Of a stretch of DNA of 64,000 nt, positions 60,103-64,000 are shown piece by piece (position 1 is the first letter of the stretch; each line of letters opens with the position of its first letter). The notes below the pieces were generated by a model. That model saw nothing but the letters and a program-made list of their open reading frames with translations, was not told where the DNA came from and did no database searches. Both the position numbers and the translations under genes were made by a program. The stretch lies in sequence record SRR20825006_1611; one strand, 5' to 3'.

Positions 60103-60294
60103 TTAGTGCGCTTCGCGGCGGGCGAAGCGGCGGCGGCGGCGAACCAGAAGATTCTGACGATCCTCCGCTTTGACATCATTGGCCGGCCGGGTCCGGTGAG
60201 TTGCCTCTCCGGTCATGATGGAGAGGGCCATCACGTCATTCTTGGCGGGAGTGGCGATGTCGGTATGACGAGCGCGGGGGATCATGATTTTCAA
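60103..60294 (-). CDS. putative 63-aa protein with Arg-rich tail
   Basis: AGAAGGA immediately upstream; TTG start (or ATG three codons in). Confidence 0.45.
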   Translation of the reverse strand: MKIMIPRARHTDIATPAKNDVMALSIMTGEATHRTRPANDVKAEDRQNLLVRRRRRFARREAH

Positions 60295-60530
60295 TTCCTT
60301 CTAGCTGTTTTCTGAATGTCCTTGGCGAGACCATCCCGCCGCCGACACAAACAATCTAGGTTGGAAATTATCGAAAATCAATAAGTTTTTATCGAAAAAA
60401 GATAAATACGAGCAATTTCAAGGCTCTGTTATTTGTTGAATATCGATATGGATCGGCCAATTGCAAGTCAAGCCGAAGAAAAAATCTGAAGCAGAATTAA
60501 TGCAAAGGATTGTATTGTGCTGCCCCCCAA

Positions 60531-62072
60531 TCAGGCTTGGCTCTGCAAATCAAAGCTGAGCTGGATTGGGCTATGGCCTGAGCGCTTTGCTGTCATGTTG
60601 CGGCAGATAGTTGACCTTCTGATGCCCAGCGGCTTTCGGGCAATAGAATGAAAGGGCAGTGGGCGAGACGCCCCGTCAGGGGAAAGCCTGCGTTTTGCTT
60701 CTCGGGCGGCTGCGACATGGTCCACCAGCGGCATAGGGTAGGATTGTCCGAGAATGATGCCGTGCGCGGACAGGGCCGACTTGGGAGCTTCCCAGGGTGC
60801 ATGGAGATACTGGTCGGGCAGTTCGGCGATCTCGGGAATCCATTTGCGGATGAACGCGCCGTCTGGGTCACGAGACAGGGATTGCCTGACGGGGTTGGGG
60901 ATATATGGCGGAGCTGCTTTGGAGAGGCCGATGACTTGGCTGGCACTTCCGTAGTACATCGCCGGAGCAAAATCGGTGCAGAGTTGCGCCAGGACTTGAG
61001 CCGGGCGAACCGGTCCCAGCCAGAGATGACATGTTGCAAAGGAAAGAAGCAGGCTCCTGAGGCTCGATTCCAAATGCCCGGTGGCCTGAAGACACCGCAT
61101 ACTCGCATCCAATAGCGGAAACCCCGTTTTTCCATTTGTCCAGGCAGACAAACGAGGATCAGCCAAACTGGCTTCTTCTCGGTTATGAATGTCGACCGGG
61201 AGCAGGGACGTGTCGGTCAGACTGACCCGGGCAGATGCCTGAACACGTCGAGATCGCTTGGCGAGCTTTTCGGTGAAGCGGTGAAGTGCCGTGGCAAAGG
61301 TCTCGTCCCCATCGGTGACCAGTGCCGCCTGGGCTTTCATGGCGGCTTGCCAGACTTCGCGTTCTGACACTGAGCCTATCGTCAAATGAGCGGACAGTCG
61401 CGATGCGGTCGCCTCACATGCCGTTATGGACAAGTTTGCCTTCCCAGCATTGCGACCACCGCCCGACAGGAACCACCGCAATTGAAGGATCGCATTGGTC
61501 CGCCCGCCCGTTTGTCGGTCTGGGCACCCGTCTGATTCCAGACCGAAATCAGAAGCGATCGGCCAGCCTTCCGATGGAATTGACAGCGGAGGAAGAGCTG
61601 CGGGCGCCGCGATACGAGGCTTTCTCATATGTCTGCGCCACGCCGTATCCCAATCAGAATGCGGCGAAATTGAATGTTGTATCCCGGTATGCTCTCTCAG
61701 GGGAATCCCAACCTTGAGCGCCCAGGTGCGAACCTGCCGGTCCTGTTCCGCCTCTGCAGGCGTATTGCCGAGAGAGTGGAAATGAAGGGAAGCGATGCCA
61801 TGCTGGGCATGCAGGCGTGAGAGAACTTCCGTCACCACGCCGGATCTGAGGCAAAGCTGACTACCGCGTTGGCGCAGGGCGCGATCAAGATCAGCAAGAG
61901 ATTCCACTGCAAACTCAAATTGGCGTTCCGACGTGTCGGCCCGTTGCCAATAATTCGGCTCGAATATGAAAAGCGGCACAATCTGTCCGCCCGCTGCGCA
62001 GGCAGAAGCTAGTGCGGCATGATCGTGAACCCGAAGGTCCCGTCGAAACCAGATGATGTTGAGCTCAGACAT
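60531..62072 (-). CDS. divergent cryptochrome/photolyase family protein
   Basis: WFRRDLRVHD, SRLSAHL, GKTGFPLLDASMR, DPDGAFIRKWIPE, YPMPLVDH. Confidence 0.87.
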   Translation of the reverse strand: MSELNIIWFRRDLRVHDHAALASACAAGGQIVPLFIFEPNYWQRADTSERQFEFAVESLADLDRALRQRGSQLCLRSGVVTEVLSRLHAQHGIASLHFHSLGNTPAEAEQDRQVRTWALKVGIPLREHTGIQHSISPHSDWDTAWRRHMRKPRIAAPAALPPLSIPSEGWPIASDFGLESDGCPDRQTGGRTNAILQLRWFLSGGGRNAGKANLSITACEATASRLSAHLTIGSVSEREVWQAAMKAQAALVTDGDETFATALHRFTEKLAKRSRRVQASARVSLTDTSLLPVDIHNREEASLADPRLSAWTNGKTGFPLLDASMRCLQATGHLESSLRSLLLSFATCHLWLGPVRPAQVLAQLCTDFAPAMYYGSASQVIGLSKAAPPYIPNPVRQSLSRDPDGAFIRKWIPEIAELPDQYLHAPWEAPKSALSAHGIILGQSYPMPLVDHVAAAREAKRRLSPDGASRPLPFHSIARKPLGIRRSTICRNMTAKRSGHSPIQLSFDLQSQA

Positions 62073-62073
62073 A

Positions 62074-62088
62074 GAACAAATATAGAAC
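62074..62088 (-). promoter_or_regulatory. alphaproteobacterial LexA (SOS) box overlapping the -10 element
   Basis: minus strand GTTC-TATATTT-GTTC-T-ATG. Confidence 0.82.
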
Positions 62089-62201
62089 AAACTTTGCGAG
62101 AGTCTATATATTTCTATCAATTGGGGCATTCGTTGCGATCTCGAAACGAATTCAACTTGTGGTTTCTTGAGCTTCGTCCTCTTTACTCATCAATGCATTT
62201 C

Positions 62202-63659
62202 ATGGGTGGTGATGCGGCGTCCGCGCGGGAGAGATTTCCGCAGCATTTGTTTGATGACCTTGCTGAGCCTCCGCCGGACGTGCGTCTGGCGGAAAGGGCA
62301 GCGGAGGCGTTCCCTTCCCGATTCCAGGGCATGTCTGCAAAGACAGGACTTGACGAGGCACAGTCTCGTTTCGTCGGTCGGAGCGCGGCCACACTTGGTA
62401 TTTTGGGATTGTTTGCGCCCGGGTTGATCCTGACTGGGCTTGGGACGCTCAGCCTGGTCATCTTCGTTCTCATCATTGCGTATAGACTCGCATTGGCGAT
62501 CTTTGGGGACAGTCGCGCCTACCTTCTTACCGATCCAGCCTCCCTCTCCTTGTTGCTGCCGGTATATACGATCCTGATAGCGCTCAAGGACGAGGCCGCC
62601 TGCATGCCCCAGCTATCAGACAGCCTGATGTCGCTCGAATATCCGCGGCATTTGCTTGATGTGAAACTGTTGTTGGAAGCCGGAGACGACGCAACGAAGG
62701 ATGCGATCCATGCTCAAATATGGCCGGAAGGAACCGAGGTTCTGGTCCTGCCCCCCGGCAAGCCACAGACCAAGCCCCGCGCGTTGAATTATGGCCTCGG
62801 ACGGGCCCGTGGGGCATTTGTGACCGTCTATGATGCCGAGGACCGGCCCAATCCGGGGCAGCTCATGGAGGCGGCACGCCGGTTTGCGTGGGATCCGGAC
62901 CTGGCTTGTGTACAGGCTCCCCTGTCTGGGAATGTGCGCTTCGGTAGTTGGCTGTCCCGACACTGGGCACTGGAGTATGCAATTCAGTTTCATCGGCTCA
63001 TGCCAGCGCTTGCTCGGCTCGGCATGCCCATACCGCTCGGCGGAACAAGCAATCATTTCCGCCGCAGGGCGCTACTTGCGTCGGGCGGGTGGGACGCTTG
63101 GAATGTGACTGAAGATGCGGACCTGGGTCTGCGGTTCGCACGCCTTGGCAAGAAGATTGATGTCATCGCCCCATCAACTGTTGAGCTACCGCCACAGCAT
63201 CTGAATGTCTGGCTTGGTCAGCGGTCGCGATGGTTGAAGGGCTTCGTGCAGACTTGGTTGGTGCTGATGCGCGAACCCGTCACTGCAGCACGTGAAATGG
63301 GGGCGCTGCGCTTTGTCTCAATGCAGCTGACGCTTGGCGCCTCCATTCTGTCTGCGCTCTTTCACCTTCCTTGGCTGGTCTGGTGCGTGGTCTGTATCGT
63401 GTCTCCGGATGCCAACCTAAGCCGCATCAGCTGGGCGATGCTCACCGTTTCTTATGCGGTTGGTGCTGTGACCGCCCTCACAGTGCCGTCGGCTTCCTTC
63501 GCAATACGCATGCGAGACCTTATCACATTGCCATTTTATTGGCCGCTGCAGTTCTTCGCGATGGCGAGAGCCCTCTACAGCTTGGCGCGCAGACCACATT
63601 ATTGGGTCAAAACGCCTCGAGAGGGCGTGCCTGGCGCGGGAGGCGCGCACCAATTCTAA
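62202..63659 (+). CDS. processive-type GT2 glycosyltransferase
   Basis: TKPRALN, YDAED, TEDADLG, QRSRW; TMs; start uncertain. Confidence 0.88.
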   Translation: MGGDAASARERFPQHLFDDLAEPPPDVRLAERAAEAFPSRFQGMSAKTGLDEAQSRFVGRSAATLGILGLFAPGLILTGLGTLSLVIFVLIIAYRLALAIFGDSRAYLLTDPASLSLLLPVYTILIALKDEAACMPQLSDSLMSLEYPRHLLDVKLLLEAGDDATKDAIHAQIWPEGTEVLVLPPGKPQTKPRALNYGLGRARGAFVTVYDAEDRPNPGQLMEAARRFAWDPDLACVQAPLSGNVRFGSWLSRHWALEYAIQFHRLMPALARLGMPIPLGGTSNHFRRRALLASGGWDAWNVTEDADLGLRFARLGKKIDVIAPSTVELPPQHLNVWLGQRSRWLKGFVQTWLVLMREPVTAAREMGALRFVSMQLTLGASILSALFHLPWLVWCVVCIVSPDANLSRISWAMLTVSYAVGAVTALTVPSASFAIRMRDLITLPFYWPLQFFAMARALYSLARRPHYWVKTPREGVPGAGGAHQF

Positions 63660-63737
63660 CGCTAGGTCAGTGCTTGGCGGTGCTATCTGATGGGCATATG
63701 GTTGGGCAAAGTTCTGTTGCCCCTTCAGGAGTCCGAT

Positions 63738-64000
63738 ATGGCGTATGATGAATCTGTCGATTTAGAGCAATTCCGTGCAGAAACGCGGGAATGGCTTGAG
63801 GAGAATTGTCCGCCGTCTATGCGCACGCCCATGAAGGATGACGAGATCGTCTGGGGCGGTAAGCGCGAAAAGTTCAAGAATCCCGAAGCAAAGCTCTGGT
63901 TGGAGCGTATGGGCGAGAAGGGGTGGACCTCTCCTGAATGGCCAGCGAAATATGGGGGTGGCGGACTTAGCCGCGCGCAGAATCGTGTGCTTCAGGAAGA
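63738..64000 (+). CDS. acyl-CoA dehydrogenase, N-terminal part (runs off window)
   Basis: own translation: MAYDESVDLEQFRAETREWL...GWTSPEWPAKYGGGGL. Confidence 0.85.
   Translation, partial: MAYDESVDLEQFRAETREWLEENCPPSMRTPMKDDEIVWGGKREKFKNPEAKLWLERMGEKGWTSPEWPAKYGGGGLSRAQNRVLQE

Overview
GC-rich alphaproteobacterial chromosome segment. Gene content (GapR/DUF2312, UrcA, zinc-free L36, unlinked motA) suggests Caulobacterales/Hyphomonadaceae; this is an inference. Most of it is housekeeping (cysS, yidD, thrS, gloB, P-II, tyrA-like, msrB, rpmJ, gapR, dsbB-like, tRNA-Leu, phaZ, ompW, motA, sixA). Accessory modules: (1) a translationally coupled envelope operon of S8 subtilase lipoprotein, free-standing membrane-anchored propeptide-like protein, lipoprotein and M23 lipoprotein; (2) a tRNA-Leu-adjacent putative synthase-dependent polysaccharide locus (TPR-YaiO barrel, HEAT, GT2, REC, deacetylase) with a hairpin-plus-uORF leader; (3) a Zur-box-centred metal uptake locus; (4) TetR plus carotenoid-oxygenase-family gene with twin operators; (5) heme oxygenase plus HWE bacteriophytochrome; (6) a LexA-boxed, motif-eroded photolyase-like gene; (7) urcA flanked by structured RNA elements. 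No integrase, IS, prophage or CRISPR was seen. All calls are by eye from motifs and no searches were run.
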